Part shown: piece by piece, positions 1-9,705 of the stretch | Numbering within the stretch: position 1 is the stretch's first letter | Layout of the letters: each line of letters starts with the position of its first letter | Source of the DNA: Archaeoglobus sp. | GTDB taxonomy: Archaea; Halobacteriota; Archaeoglobi; Archaeoglobales; Archaeoglobaceae | Direction of reading: 5' to 3' | DNA: 64,000 nt | NCBI RefSeq assembly: GCF_017656475.1 | Contig: NZ_JACDNT010000002.1 | Span: 33,160 to 97,159, forward strand | Position numbers and translations under genes: made by a program | The notes under the pieces: model-generated | The model's database searches: none | Told to the model about the DNA's origin: nothing | Seen by the model: the letters and a program-made list of their open reading frames with translations, nothing else

Positions 1-1242
1 GTCCGGATGCAGAGATTTCTCAAGCGGCTTGAACTTATCTGGCATTTTTACAGATTCGATTTTCACACATTTTCCTGAGATAAACAGAGTAAAATCGTAC
101 GATGATAGCTTCATTTCCTTGTCAATTAGTACCTTGAAGGTCAGGTAAGTGCCATTAAAAATTTCAGCCTTTGATGGCTGAACGTACATTTTAACACTTT
201 TCTCCTCCTCTTTAACGATCCAGACATCCTTCTTTTGAAGGACGTCATCATCAGCCTGTATTATCCTCGAAAAGCTGTTGTCTGGAGGGAGGTCGTAGTA
301 GTTCTTTGCCAGGTCTGAGATTGATAGGGTTGAGGTTTTGGAGGTGTCTCTCACATAAACTGTGTACTTGCCCGCTTCCAGTCCAGCAGTCTCGAACTGC
401 ACTTTTGCTTTTCCGTTCTCGTCAAGGTAAACCTTCTTGTACATCACGGAGTTTTTACCGGCAAGCACAACCAGTATTCCATCATATTCAGCCTCCCCAA
501 TTCTGTTTGAACTGATGCTAACAGTTAACGGTTCTCCAACCTTAATTTTGTCTGGAGCAGAGAACTCAAATTCTGGTTCAACAATCAAGACCGATATTCT
601 CTTTGAGTCCCATACTTTCCCGCCATATTCAAGTTTTAAGTCAACAACATACTCTCCGGGCTTTACGGTATCAGCGATGTCTCCCGTTCTCTCATACATT
701 TCCCTCAAATTCAGGTCAAACTTTGCTGAGTAGATGTTGTCCTGCTCCTCAAAATCAGCAGTTTTTTCGTAGTACAGCTCGGCGTTGTTTCCGTAAAACC
801 TGAGCTTCAACTTCGCCGGATTTGCACTCTCCACCAGCACCTCCAGTTCGGTTCTGCTCTGATAAACAAGCTCCTTTAGCTCAAACTCCGTTATTTTCGG
901 TCTGATAACTTTGAAGTCTTCTACATGCTCTTCTGGCTCTGTGTCGTCAATCACAACCTTCAAATGGTAAGTTCCCTCCTCCCAGTCTTCCGGAATGATG
1001 AAAGTCCACTCTTCCCCGCATTTGTCGTAAATATCCTCTCCCTCATCAACGTGGCAGAGCAACTCACCATCATCCTCTCCCACAACAGCGATGTCAACTG
1101 ACCGATTTACATCCAGATAAACCTGAAATCTGACCTGATCTCCGAGATTTACACTCTCCTTGTCGATAAAGATGTTTACCTCCGCTGCAAAGGCAGGAGA
1201 AATTACAAGGATCAAAACGACAGCAAAGGCCAGCCACCTCAC
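1..1242 (-). CDS. Secreted beta-rich cell-surface protein; C-terminus runs off the left window edge
   Basis: Uninterrupted minus-strand frame from position 1 to GTG at 1242. TTG at 1263 is an alternative start and an in-frame stop lies at 1279-1281. It is absent from the ORF track because no stop falls in the window. The N-terminus VRWLAFAVVLILVISPAFA/AEV is signal-peptide-like. The segment GKYTVYVRDTSKT resembles GTYKLYVRDTAKT of the 968-aa surface protein. Confidence 0.6.
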   Translation of the reverse strand, partial: MRWLAFAVVLILVISPAFAAEVNIFIDKESVNLGDQVRFQVYLDVNRSVDIAVVGEDDGELLCHVDEGEDIYDKCGEEWTFIIPEDWEEGTYHLKVVIDDTEPEEHVEDFKVIRPKITEFELKELVYQSRTELEVLVESANPAKLKLRFYGNNAELYYEKTADFEEQDNIYSAKFDLNLREMYERTGDIADTVKPGEYVVDLKLEYGGKVWDSKRISVLIVEPEFEFSAPDKIKVGEPLTVSISSNRIGEAEYDGILVVLAGKNSVMYKKVYLDENGKAKVQFETAGLEAGKYTVYVRDTSKTSTLSISDLAKNYYDLPPDNSFSRIIQADDDVLQKKDVWIVKEEEKSVKMYVQPSKAEIFNGTYLTFKVLIDKEMKLSSYDFTLFISGKCVKIESVKMPDKFKPLEKSLHPD

Positions 1243-1423
1243 GCAATGAGTTCCGTAGACCAATCTTAAAATTTTCTTTCAAAAAAGAAATTACCAAAGC
1301 TTAATGCCAGCAATAGACCATTCTGAAAATATTTTAATACGTGCATGTGAAGATACATCCCTTAAAGCTCGCTCAAGTTAAATTCTTGCTTTACACCTTA
1401 TCCAGCGATGATGATGCGACCGA

Positions 1424-1438
1424 AAATTTAAAATTTAG
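1424..1438 (+). promoter_or_regulatory. Candidate TATA box for the aIF1 gene
   Basis: aaaatttaaaattta lies about 40-50 nt upstream of ATG 1477. The SD-like aaaaggaggta at about 1458-1468 sits between them. Confidence 0.4.
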
Positions 1439-1476
1439 CATATACTCACTTCTTAAAAAGGAGGTAAAGCAAGAAG

Positions 1477-1782
1477 ATGTCGGAAATTTGCCCTGTTTGC
1501 GGACTGCCGAAAGATTTGTGCGTTTGCGAGGAAGTTGCGAAGGAGCAGCAGTTTATAGTGATTAAGACGGGCAAACGAAGATACGGTAAAGAGGTTACCA
1601 TCATTGAGGGAATAGACAAAGGAGAGATAAACCTGGAAGAGCTGGCTAAGTTTTTGAAGTCAAAGCTGGCATGTGGAGGTACTGTTAAGAACGGCGTGAT
1701 TGAGCTTCAGGGCAATCACGTAAACAGGGTTAAGGAGCTTCTGATAAAGAAGGGGTTCAATCCTGAGAGGATAAAGACCTAG
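1477..1782 (+). CDS. sui1: Translation initiation factor aIF1 (SUI1 family)
   Basis: 101 aa with N-terminal [13 protein letters not shown] zinc knuckle. The SUI1 core is [13 protein letters not shown]...[22 protein letters not shown]. Confidence 0.9.
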   Translation: MSEICPVCGLPKDLCVCEEVAKEQQFIVIKTGKRRYGKEVTIIEGIDKGEINLEELAKFLKSKLACGGTVKNGVIELQGNHVNRVKELLIKKGFNPERIKT

Positions 1783-2212
1783 AGGCGTAATCCATTATTT
1801 TTCTCATCATCTCAACATCAGCCTCTTTTTCTTTTAGCCTTAACTCGAAAATTTTCTCCCTGCATGCCATGTAAGCGTCGAAGGCGGTAAAGATTATCTC
1901 TTCAAACGTTTTGGCGAATTTCAATCTTTCCTCTGTTCTAAGATTTAGCTCATCAGCCATAAAATCCCTCAGATCGCAAAATAGCCTCATGCTGTCTCCC
2001 GGACTGAAGTTTCTATCAGTAGCGAGAAAGCGCATCACGTCATCCACTGCATCGCTCAAATCAGCCTCTTTCCCCTCGTAAAGGCTCAAAGCTCCATCGA
2101 CTATTTTTTCTGCCGCTTCCTGAAGAAAGCTGACTACCTCAAAGACCGGCTTTACGGGGTAGTTTATAAGGAGCTTATCAACCCACCACTCAACCACTTT
2201 TTTCCTGTCCAT
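1757..2212 (-). CDS. Hypothetical helical protein
   Basis: 151-aa ORF with ATG start and no family motif I recognise. Its 3' end overlaps the aIF1 3' end by 26 nt (convergent). Confidence 0.5.
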   Translation of the reverse strand: MDRKKVVEWWVDKLLINYPVKPVFEVVSFLQEAAEKIVDGALSLYEGKEADLSDAVDDVMRFLATDRNFSPGDSMRLFCDLRDFMADELNLRTEERLKFAKTFEEIIFTAFDAYMACREKIFELRLKEKEADVEMMRKIMDYASRSLSSQD

Positions 2213-2271
2213 ATTCTTCTAATTGTCAGGCACCATAAGAAGATAACCTTTTAAGTTGCATTCTGCACTGC

Positions 2272-3984
2272 ATGCACATGAGCGAGATCATGGAGATGCT
2301 GATTCGCAGAGGGTATCTCTGGCAGTCTTTTGAGATATACGGAGGAATGGCAGGTTTTATTGATTACGCTCCTCTTGGTAACAACCTGAGAAGAAAGATT
2401 GAGAATATCTGGAGAAGGTACTTTGTGATTAACGAAAGAGCTGCGGAAATCGACACTCCAACGATAGGAATAGAGGAGGTCTTCATCGCCTCAGGACACG
2501 CTACATCCTTTACCGATGTGGCAATTGAGTGCGAAAGTTGCGGGAGGGTTTACAGAGCAGACCACTACGTCAAGGAGAAGCTCGGAATCGAGGTGGATGA
2601 GACGGTTGAGGCGGTTAAAGAGGTTATGGAGGTTTACGACCTGAAGTGTGAGTGTGGTGGGAAGTTCAAAGACCCCGCTCCCATGAACCTGATGTTCTCC
2701 ACCACCATCGGCCCCGGAAGGGGAAAGAAAGGCTATCTCCGCCCCGAAACGGCTCAGGGGATGTTCGTTGACTTCAAAAGGCTGGCGAACTTCTTCAGGG
2801 AGAAGCTTCCATTTGGTGTGGCCCAAATTGGTAGAGCATACAGAAACGAGATCAGTCCAAGACAGGGTGTAATAAGGTTAAGAGAGTTTAATCAGGCGGA
2901 GCTGGAGTTTTTCGTTCATCCTGGAGAAAAGAAACATCCGAACTTCAGCCTTTACGCCAACGATGTTGTCAGGCTGGTTGATAAATTTGATAATGAGCAT
3001 GAAATGAAGCTTGAGGAAGCGGTTGAGAAAGGCATTATAGCAAACCAGATTCTTGCTTACTTCATCGGAAAAACAAGGCGTTTTCTGCTGGAGATTGGCA
3101 TTAAGGATGAAAAGCTTAGGTTCAGGCAGCACAAGGATGACGAGAGGGCTCACTACGCAACAGACTGCTGGGATGCTGAAGTTTTGACCAGCTACGGGTG
3201 GATTGAGATTGTTGGAATTGCAGACAGAACAGACTACGACCTGAAGAGGCACAGCAAGTACAGCGGTGAGGATCTGAGCGTGTTCGTGCCATACGAGGAG
3301 CCGGTAAAGGTTAGAAAGAGAAAAATCGTTCCGATTCTGAGCAAACTTGGCCCCGTTTTCAGGCAGAAGGCCAAGAAGGTTGCTGAAGCTCTTGAGTCCC
3401 TGAACGTTGAATCGGAGCCGGAAGAGGTTGAGGTAGAGGTTGATGGGGAGAAGATAAAAGTAACAAAGGAGTTCTTTGAAGTTCAGGACGTTGAGGAGGA
3501 AGTTGTGGGGGAGAAGGTTATCCCGCACGTTATCGAGCCTTCCTTCGGGCTGGATAGAATCACCTACTCAGTTCTTGAGCATTCATTCGACAAAGATGTT
3601 GTCGACGGGGAGGAGAGGAGAGTTCTAAGGCTGAAGAGGTGGGTCAGCCCGATAGAGGTCGCTGTCCTTCCTCTTCTTTCCAGAGAACCTTTCGAGTCAA
3701 AGGCGATGGAAATTGTCCAGATTCTCAGAGAAAATGGAATTTTCACAGACTATGACGATTCGGGGAGCATAGGAAGAAGGTACAGGCGATATGACGAAAT
3801 AGGGACTCCATTCTGCATCACCACCGACCACCAGACATTTGAGGATGACACAGTAACCATAAGAGACAGAGACACCACCTCTCAGGTTAGAGTTAAGGTT
3901 TCCAAACTTCCGGAAATACTGAAAGAATTGCTGAGGAGTGAGAGGGATATAACAGAGTTCGGAGAAGTCTTCAGGCAGGTGTAA
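2272..3984 (+). CDS. glyS: Glycyl-tRNA synthetase (archaeal/eukaryotic type)
   Basis: 570 aa. Motifs: RRGYLWQSFEIYGG, YLRPETAQG, FRNEISPRQGVIRLREFNQAE, and the C-terminal anticodon-binding region IGRRYRRYDEIGTPFCITTD. ATG at 2278 is an alternative start. Confidence 0.95.
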   Translation: MHMSEIMEMLIRRGYLWQSFEIYGGMAGFIDYAPLGNNLRRKIENIWRRYFVINERAAEIDTPTIGIEEVFIASGHATSFTDVAIECESCGRVYRADHYVKEKLGIEVDETVEAVKEVMEVYDLKCECGGKFKDPAPMNLMFSTTIGPGRGKKGYLRPETAQGMFVDFKRLANFFREKLPFGVAQIGRAYRNEISPRQGVIRLREFNQAELEFFVHPGEKKHPNFSLYANDVVRLVDKFDNEHEMKLEEAVEKGIIANQILAYFIGKTRRFLLEIGIKDEKLRFRQHKDDERAHYATDCWDAEVLTSYGWIEIVGIADRTDYDLKRHSKYSGEDLSVFVPYEEPVKVRKRKIVPILSKLGPVFRQKAKKVAEALESLNVESEPEEVEVEVDGEKIKVTKEFFEVQDVEEEVVGEKVIPHVIEPSFGLDRITYSVLEHSFDKDVVDGEERRVLRLKRWVSPIEVAVLPLLSREPFESKAMEIVQILRENGIFTDYDDSGSIGRRYRRYDEIGTPFCITTDHQTFEDDTVTIRDRDTTSQVRVKVSKLPEILKELLRSERDITEFGEVFRQV

Positions 3985-3987
3985 ACT

Positions 3988-4878
3988 TTGCTCGTCCTCT
4001 CAGGAGGGACTGGGACACCAAAACTCCTTCAAGGACTAAAGGAGGTAGCAGACTTCTGGGTTGTTGTAAACACAGCCGAGGATGTCTGGGTGTCTGGAAA
4101 CAAAATCTGTCCCGACATCGACTCCGTCATCTACGCTCTTGCTGAAGTTATCGACGATGAGAAGTGGTGGGGGATAAAAGGAGATACCTTCTACACTCAT
4201 CAAAGGCTGAAGACTCTTGGCTTCGATGAGGGAATGATGATTGGTGACTTGGACAGGGCAACGCATATTCTGCGAAGCGAGGTTCTGAGGGCCGGAAAAT
4301 CGCTTTGTGATGCCACGAAGACTGTTGCGAATGCTTACGGAGTAAGGCATGAGATATTTCCGATGTGTGAAGAGGAGATTTCGACCATCGTTGTTACCGA
4401 TGAAGGGGAGATGCACTTTCAGGAGTTCTGGGTGGTCAGGAAAGGGGAGCCGGAGGTTAAAGACGTTTACTTCAAAGGCATTGAAAGGGCAAAAATCCCG
4501 GAGGAGGTTAAGAAGAGGCTGGAAAAGGAGAATGAGGTTCTTATCGGTCCGAGCAATCCAATCACGAGCATTATGCCGATTTTGAGCATTGAGGACTTCA
4601 GAGAGAGATTGAGAGATAAGAGGGCCATTGCCATCTCGCCTATAATCGGAAAAGCTCCGGTAAGCGGTCCTGCAGGGAAACTGATGAGGGCGAAGGGCTA
4701 CGAAGTATCGCCAAAAGGTGTGGCGGACGTTTACGCGGACTTTCTCGACCTTCTTGTGGTTGATGAAGCGGATGAGGGTGTGATCGAGAAAAGTGTCGCA
4801 ACAAACACGATAATGAAAAGCAAAGAAGACGCGATAAGACTTGGAGAATTTGTGGTCAGGCTTTTTGACAGATTATGA
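3988..4878 (+). CDS. cofD: 2-phospho-L-lactate transferase (F420 biosynthesis, CofD family)
   Basis: 296 aa with TTG start. The N-terminal [14 protein letters not shown] and ...GPSNPITSI... are typical of CofD/YvcK-type transferases. Confidence 0.85.
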   Translation: MLVLSGGTGTPKLLQGLKEVADFWVVVNTAEDVWVSGNKICPDIDSVIYALAEVIDDEKWWGIKGDTFYTHQRLKTLGFDEGMMIGDLDRATHILRSEVLRAGKSLCDATKTVANAYGVRHEIFPMCEEEISTIVVTDEGEMHFQEFWVVRKGEPEVKDVYFKGIERAKIPEEVKKRLEKENEVLIGPSNPITSIMPILSIEDFRERLRDKRAIAISPIIGKAPVSGPAGKLMRAKGYEVSPKGVADVYADFLDLLVVDEADEGVIEKSVATNTIMKSKEDAIRLGEFVVRLFDRL

Positions 4879-4888
4879 CTGATAGACT

Positions 4889-5743
4889 ATGACTCTGATA
4901 AACGCTGCAAAAATCAGAAAGTTTTTGGAAAACCTTCCGTATCCGGCACACTGTATTCACTGCCAAGGTATTGACGAGAAGGCTGAGAATCCTGTCCACC
5001 ATCCGAGTTACGAAGTCACCCCCTCCTGCAATCTGAGGTGCATTTTCTGCTACTCAAGGATTGCGGAATTGAAGGGTGCAGCACCAAAACCCGGCTACTA
5101 CGGCTCGCTGAATCCAAAAGCGATCACGATCTCCCAGTACGGCGAGCCATTCGTTGTCGGGACTGAAAGAGTTGTTAAAATCATCAGGAAGCTGAGGGAA
5201 AGGTTTGGAGAGGTGAGGATTGACATCCAGACAAATGGGACCCTCCTCGATCCCGAAATTCTTGGAAATGAGGCGGACATAGTGATGATCAGTCTCGACG
5301 CGGGAAGCAGGGAGAGCTATGTGGAGATCGCGGGCAGAGACTACTTCAAAAAAGTTGTTGAGAATATAAGGAGAATGTCAGAGCAAACTTACACCGCTGT
5401 CAGAACAGTTTTCATGCCCGGTGTTAACGACTACGAGCTTGAGAGGATTGCGGAGATTGCCTCAATTGCTGAAGAGCTTTTCCTTCAACCAATCTCAATC
5501 TACAGGGAGAACACCGAGCTTATGAGAAGGCTTGACGTTGAAAGGGCTGAGAGCCTTGGAGAGTACATCAAAACTGCATATAGGCTTTCAGAAATTGCAG
5601 AAGTCAGAATACCGGGATGTCTGCTCCTGAACATGCGCTGGTTTTTGAAAGAATACGATGTAGGAGATCTTCTGCTCGTCAGAAGGGATGCTTTCGGAAG
5701 CATGCCGATAATGCAGAGAGACTGGCAGTTCAGCTTCGATTAA
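4889..5743 (+). CDS. Radical SAM domain protein, function unknown
   Basis: 284 aa with the CNLRCIFC (CxxxCxxC) cluster motif. It starts 10 nt after the cofD stop. Confidence 0.75.
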   Translation: MTLINAAKIRKFLENLPYPAHCIHCQGIDEKAENPVHHPSYEVTPSCNLRCIFCYSRIAELKGAAPKPGYYGSLNPKAITISQYGEPFVVGTERVVKIIRKLRERFGEVRIDIQTNGTLLDPEILGNEADIVMISLDAGSRESYVEIAGRDYFKKVVENIRRMSEQTYTAVRTVFMPGVNDYELERIAEIASIAEELFLQPISIYRENTELMRRLDVERAESLGEYIKTAYRLSEIAEVRIPGCLLLNMRWFLKEYDVGDLLLVRRDAFGSMPIMQRDWQFSFD

Positions 5744-5772
5744 ACTTATTTTCCCTCAACCATACTTACGTT

Positions 5773-6228
5773 ATGAGGTTCGCTGCTGTAAGCGATACGC
5801 ATGACAACCTGACTGCCGTAAGGGAACTTATTGAAGCTTTGAAGAGGGAGAAGCTGGACTTTGTTGTGCACGCGGGTGATGTAATCGCTCCATTCTCCCT
5901 GAAAGAGTTCGAGAAGCTCGGAGTGAAGCTGTACGTTGCCTTCGGGAACAACGATGGAGAGAGAAAAATTCTAACGGAGATAGCAAATCGAAACGGGTGG
6001 GAGATCGGAGATGTTGTTGAATTTCCTGGTGGTGTTGTTTACCACGGCACGGACAGCAGAATACTGGAGATACTGAAAAAGCTCGACACACTCGTCGTTT
6101 TTGGGCACACTCATGAAGTCCTGAAGTCTGAAAACCTCCTGAATCCGGGAGAGGTCTGCGGGTACCTTACGGGAAGGAGAACGTATGCCATAATCGAGGA
6201 TGGTGAAATCAGCATAGTGGAGCTTTAG
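5773..6228 (+). CDS. MJ0936/YfcE-family metallophosphoesterase
   Basis: Internal ATG at 5773 gives MRFAAVSDTHDN..HAGD..GNNDGE..GHTHE, the calcineurin-like phosphoesterase motif series. The upstream part of track ORF 5617 overlaps the radical SAM gene and looks non-coding. Confidence 0.8.
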   Translation: MRFAAVSDTHDNLTAVRELIEALKREKLDFVVHAGDVIAPFSLKEFEKLGVKLYVAFGNNDGERKILTEIANRNGWEIGDVVEFPGGVVYHGTDSRILEILKKLDTLVVFGHTHEVLKSENLLNPGEVCGYLTGRRTYAIIEDGEISIVEL

Positions 6229-6264
6229 GGCTAAAGTTAAAAAACTGCCAATTGGTGTTAGTCC

Positions 6265-7557
6265 ATGCGAGTTTACACTGCTGACATAAAGCCCGAAATG
6301 GAAGGTCAGAAGGTCAAGCTGTACGGATGGGTTCACGAAGTTCGCGATCTTGGTGGATTGGTGTTTATACTGCTCAGGGATAGAGAGGGCATCGTTCAGA
6401 TTACATTACCAAGAAAGTTCGTAAGCAAGCAGGTTTTCAAGCTTGCCAAGAAGATTAGGAGAGAGAGCATTATCGCAGTGTTTGGAGAAGTCAGAAGAGA
6501 GGAGAAAGCTCCGGGAGGAGTTGAGATAATTCCCGAATCCATAGAGGTTCTCAACGAGGCTGATGCACCTCTACCGCTTGAGGTCACCGAGAAGGTTCCG
6601 GCAGAGCTTGACACACGCCTTGACCACCGCTTCATGGACTTGAGGAGGCCCAGAGTACAGGCGATTTTCCGAATAAGGCATCAGGTGTTGCAGACTGTCA
6701 GAGAATTCCTGTCTAAAGAAGGTTTCATAGAAGTTCACACGCCAAAAATCGTATCAACAGCAACAGAAGGAGGCACAGACCTTTTTCCAATCAGCTACTT
6801 CGAGAAAGAGGCTTTCCTCAACCAGAGTCCCCAGCTTTACAAGCAGGTTCTTATGGCCGCGGGTTTTGAGAAAGTATTTGAGATAGGGCCCATATTCAGG
6901 GCGGAGGAGCACAACACTACTCGCCATCTCAACGAGGCAATATCCATCGACATTGAGATGAGCTTTACCGACCACAACGGTGTAATGGATATTCTGGAGA
7001 GGCTCGTTCACAAGGTCTATGTTGACGTTGCTGAAAAATGCGAGCGTTACTTGAACTGGCTTGAAATAAGTCTTGAAATTCCCGAACTGCCCTTCCAGAG
7101 GATAACGTACGATGAGGCGAGAGAAATTGCCGCAAGGAAAGGCGAAGAGATTCCGTGGGGTGAGGACTTGAGCACCAACGCGTTAAAGTTCATCGGAGAG
7201 GAGATCGGAGGGCTGTACTTCATCACCGACTGGCCCACAGAGTCGAAGCCATTCTACGCCATGCCCTACGAGGACAGACCTGAAATCAGCAAGAGCTTCG
7301 ATTTGATGCACGACTGGCTTGAGCTTTCGAGCGGGGCGCAGAGAATTCACCTTTACGACATGCTGGTGGAGAGTATGAAGTCCAAGGGATTGGAACCTGA
7401 GAGCTTCGGTTTCTATTTAGAGGCTTTCCGCTACGGCATGCCACCCCACGCCGGCTGGGGACTTGGGGCAGAAAGGCTAATCATGTCGATGCTCGGCCTG
7501 AAAAATGTGAGGGAGGCGGTTCTGTTTCCGAGGGACAGGCACAGGCTCGTTCCGTAA
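6265..7557 (+). CDS. aspS: Aspartyl-tRNA synthetase (archaeal type)
   Basis: 430 aa with an N-terminal OB fold ([19 protein letters not shown]). Class II motifs: [14 protein letters not shown] and [15 protein letters not shown]. Confidence 0.95.
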   Translation: MRVYTADIKPEMEGQKVKLYGWVHEVRDLGGLVFILLRDREGIVQITLPRKFVSKQVFKLAKKIRRESIIAVFGEVRREEKAPGGVEIIPESIEVLNEADAPLPLEVTEKVPAELDTRLDHRFMDLRRPRVQAIFRIRHQVLQTVREFLSKEGFIEVHTPKIVSTATEGGTDLFPISYFEKEAFLNQSPQLYKQVLMAAGFEKVFEIGPIFRAEEHNTTRHLNEAISIDIEMSFTDHNGVMDILERLVHKVYVDVAEKCERYLNWLEISLEIPELPFQRITYDEAREIAARKGEEIPWGEDLSTNALKFIGEEIGGLYFITDWPTESKPFYAMPYEDRPEISKSFDLMHDWLELSSGAQRIHLYDMLVESMKSKGLEPESFGFYLEAFRYGMPPHAGWGLGAERLIMSMLGLKNVREAVLFPRDRHRLVP

Positions 7558-7623
7558 TTGCAGAATTGAACAAATTTCTCAAAACCTCTTTGACTTTATT
7601 TTTCGAACAATTTACCAAATTTT

Positions 7624-7800
7624 ATGCCCGCGGTGATTGATGCTGCAAGATGTGATGGGTGTGGACTTTGCATTCCAGAATGCAAGGGAAATGCCATCCA
7701 CCTCAACGGAAGCAAGGCCTACGTCGATGAGGATGCCTGCATGGAGTGCGGAGCTTGTGTTAGAGCCTGCCCGAACAACGCAATCAGCGTGGAGTGGTAA
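7624..7800 (+). CDS. 2x[4Fe-4S] ferredoxin (58 aa)
   Basis: ATG 7624 to TAA 7798-7800 gives MPAVIDAARCDGCGLCIPECKGNAIHLNGSKAYVDEDACMECGACVRACPNNAISVEW. It has two CxxCxxCxxxCP motifs. It falls below the 60-aa ORF-track cutoff. Confidence 0.8.
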   Translation: MPAVIDAARCDGCGLCIPECKGNAIHLNGSKAYVDEDACMECGACVRACPNNAISVEW

Positions 7801-7918
7801 GGGCACGATAAGATTGATACTAGATGCAAAGACTTTAGACACAACAAAAAAACGCTTACTCTAACTTAGGAAGATTAAAGGGAAAATACATCAAAAAATT
7901 AAAAAGAGCTTGATCAAA

Positions 7919-8272
7919 CTACCATGGGTGAGTTCCAACAACGACCTGCTTGCCAAAAGTTTTTTCAATCATTTCTTTGATCTTGTTTACGTCGCCGTAA
8001 GGACAGTTGCCTTTCTCGTTCGCGACTACGATGCATTTACCTATGAACACTGTATCGTAGTCATCCAACCCCTCTATCCATTTGTTGAACAGCTTTATCT
8101 TAGGAACGATGTAGCCGGGACAGCCGCCACAGCCGACCAAGCCCACAATATCGACCTTGTCGAACTTCTCGAACTCGCCCTTACCCTCTCTTGCTGCTGT
8201 GAAGCACCTCTGGCAGCCGATGCAATACCTGTCCCTACAGTTATCGCAGCACAGAATAATAGCCTTCACCAT
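7919..8272 (-). CDS. CGGC-domain protein
   Basis: MVKAIILCCDNCRDRYCIGCQRC...GCGGCPG Cys-rich pattern. ATG at 8272 is preceded by GAGGTGG, so the TTG start at 8302 in the track is probably too far upstream. Confidence 0.7.
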   Translation of the reverse strand: MVKAIILCCDNCRDRYCIGCQRCFTAAREGKGEFEKFDKVDIVGLVGCGGCPGYIVPKIKLFNKWIEGLDDYDTVFIGKCIVVANEKGNCPYGDVNKIKEMIEKTFGKQVVVGTHPW

Positions 8273-8531
8273 TCCGACCACCTCGATAACAAATTTTTGC
8301 AATATTACAAAACTTTTTCTACTTATTTCGATTAAAATTTAATTATTAAATCTTAAGGAAGTTCTCGAAATCATTTCAGGTAAGAATTGCTACTCTTGCA
8401 ACCGTGAGGGGTAAACTGAGAGAATATCCAAATATGATCAAAATCTAAGCCTGAGGGCAACAACGAGTTGTTAGGTTGAAGGACATTCGAAGCCTGAAAA
8501 ACTTATTAAATTTCAATCCCTATAAAATTTT

Positions 8532-8951
8532 ATGGAAGAGTATGAGGAAATTCTCAGCATTGTCGGTTCTGCCCCGTGGTACAGGCTTACTGGCATGATC
8601 CCGAAGTTGCATGGAGATAGAGTCGTTGTGGAGATGGAAATTGACAAAAGCAAGCACATTCAGGCTCTCGGCACAGCTCACGGAGGAGCGATTGCCAGCG
8701 TTCTCGATTCTGCCATTGGTCTCAACGTCAACAGAGAGGTTGTTAAGAGGGGGAAAACTGCAGTAACAGCACAGCTAAACATCCACTACATTCGGCCAGT
8801 TACAGAAGGCAAGATTGTGGGCGTGGGAATGCCGGTGCACATAGGCTCTAAGGTCACGGTTGGTTACGGAGAGGTGAGAAACGAGGATGGAGAGCTTGTT
8901 GCTACGGGAACCGCAACCTTCTACATAATCGAGAGGAAGTTTAAGGATTGA
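8532..8951 (+). CDS. PaaI/hotdog-fold acyl-CoA thioesterase
   Basis: 139 aa with the HGGAIASVLDSAIG motif and a hotdog-fold-sized protein. Confidence 0.75.
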   Translation: MEEYEEILSIVGSAPWYRLTGMIPKLHGDRVVVEMEIDKSKHIQALGTAHGGAIASVLDSAIGLNVNREVVKRGKTAVTAQLNIHYIRPVTEGKIVGVGMPVHIGSKVTVGYGEVRNEDGELVATGTATFYIIERKFKD

Positions 8952-9705
8952 GCAGCTCTCCCTTTACCTTCTTCAAATATTCCACAATTCCGTCTACAGC
9001 CTCCGCAAGTATCTTGGAGTTGTCGTACTTCTCGACAATTTCCCTCAGCCTCTCCTTTTCCCAGTCCCTCATCTCTTCAGCAATCTCAACCATTTTCGGG
9101 AAGGCTCTGATGATGTTGTCAACAATCGTGATGTCAGCCATTCTGGCAGTTCTGGAGAGGGGATTTAAGTCGACAGCTATCACCTTCTTTCCGTGCTTCT
9201 TCAGAATCTCACACCTGTCCCCATCCTCCAATGGCACGAGGACAACATCAGCAATAAGTATTCCTCTGCTGTCAACTATTCTTCTCGCCGATTCAAGGCC
9301 TTCAAGCTCTGCATCGCCTGCGGCAAGCACTTCAATCCCATACCTCTCAAGATAGTTCTTGATTTTCTCGACCCTCTCGGGAGTGTGGTGGAAAACATTG
9401 ATTTCCACTTTTGCATTTACGAACTCTGCAAGCCTCTTTGTTTCTTCTGGCACCAGAACTGCCGTGTTACCATTTACGGAGATAACAGGATGCTTTGCAA
9501 GGAGCATTAAAGCCACCGCAGCTCTCTCAGCCTTCAAAGCGAAATCTCTGGTCATTTCGCCGAGGATATAGTCAAAAGCCTCCCCTCTACCGTGAGCTAT
9601 CAGTCCCTGCATTGCAGTAACCCCTAATTTTACCCCTTCAACCAGCTTTTCCCTCGTTACCAAGGATGCGTACCTTGGATGGCTCTTCGGAATCTTCTTC
9701 ATCAC
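8941..9705 (-). CDS. 4-phosphopantoate--beta-alanine ligase (archaeal phosphopantothenate synthetase, DUF137)
   Basis: 254 aa with HPRYASLVTREKL and GLIAHGRGEAFDYILGE, which I recognise as the archaeal PPS family signature. Confidence 0.75.
   Translation of the reverse strand: MMKKIPKSHPRYASLVTREKLVEGVKLGVTAMQGLIAHGRGEAFDYILGEMTRDFALKAERAAVALMLLAKHPVISVNGNTAVLVPEETKRLAEFVNAKVEINVFHHTPERVEKIKNYLERYGIEVLAAGDAELEGLESARRIVDSRGILIADVVLVPLEDGDRCEILKKHGKKVIAVDLNPLSRTARMADITIVDNIIRAFPKMVEIAEEMRDWEKERLREIVEKYDNSKILAEAVDGIVEYLKKVKGELLNP

Noticed and set aside
1341-1565. A 74-aa ORF upstream of and overlapping the aIF1 start. An AUGAUGA C-box-like string is at about 1407.
   Set aside because: The ORF covers the promoter/SD region of aIF1 and has no motifs. 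No D box (CUGA) follows the C-box-like string at a suitable distance.
5617-5772. N-terminal extensions of track ORFs. Examples: 5617, 10950, 16214, 18507, 24763, 35567, 43693, 44193, 45397, 54332, 55395, 61957.
   Set aside because: The extensions overlap the preceding gene or lack family similarity. Internal ATG/GTG codons preceded by GGAGG/GGTG-like motifs give N-termini matching the expected family starts.
8435-8498. C/D-box sRNA-like layout in the ORF-free 229-bp spacer: ATGATCA, 10 nt, CTGA, 22 nt, TGAAGGA, 10 nt, CTGA. Both 10-nt spacers end in AAGC.
   Set aside because: The C and C' boxes are degenerate (AUGAUCA, UGAAGGA). The guide spacing is 10 nt rather than the usual 12. The central spacer is long and there is no terminal stem. 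I cannot support it without a covariance-model search or expression data.
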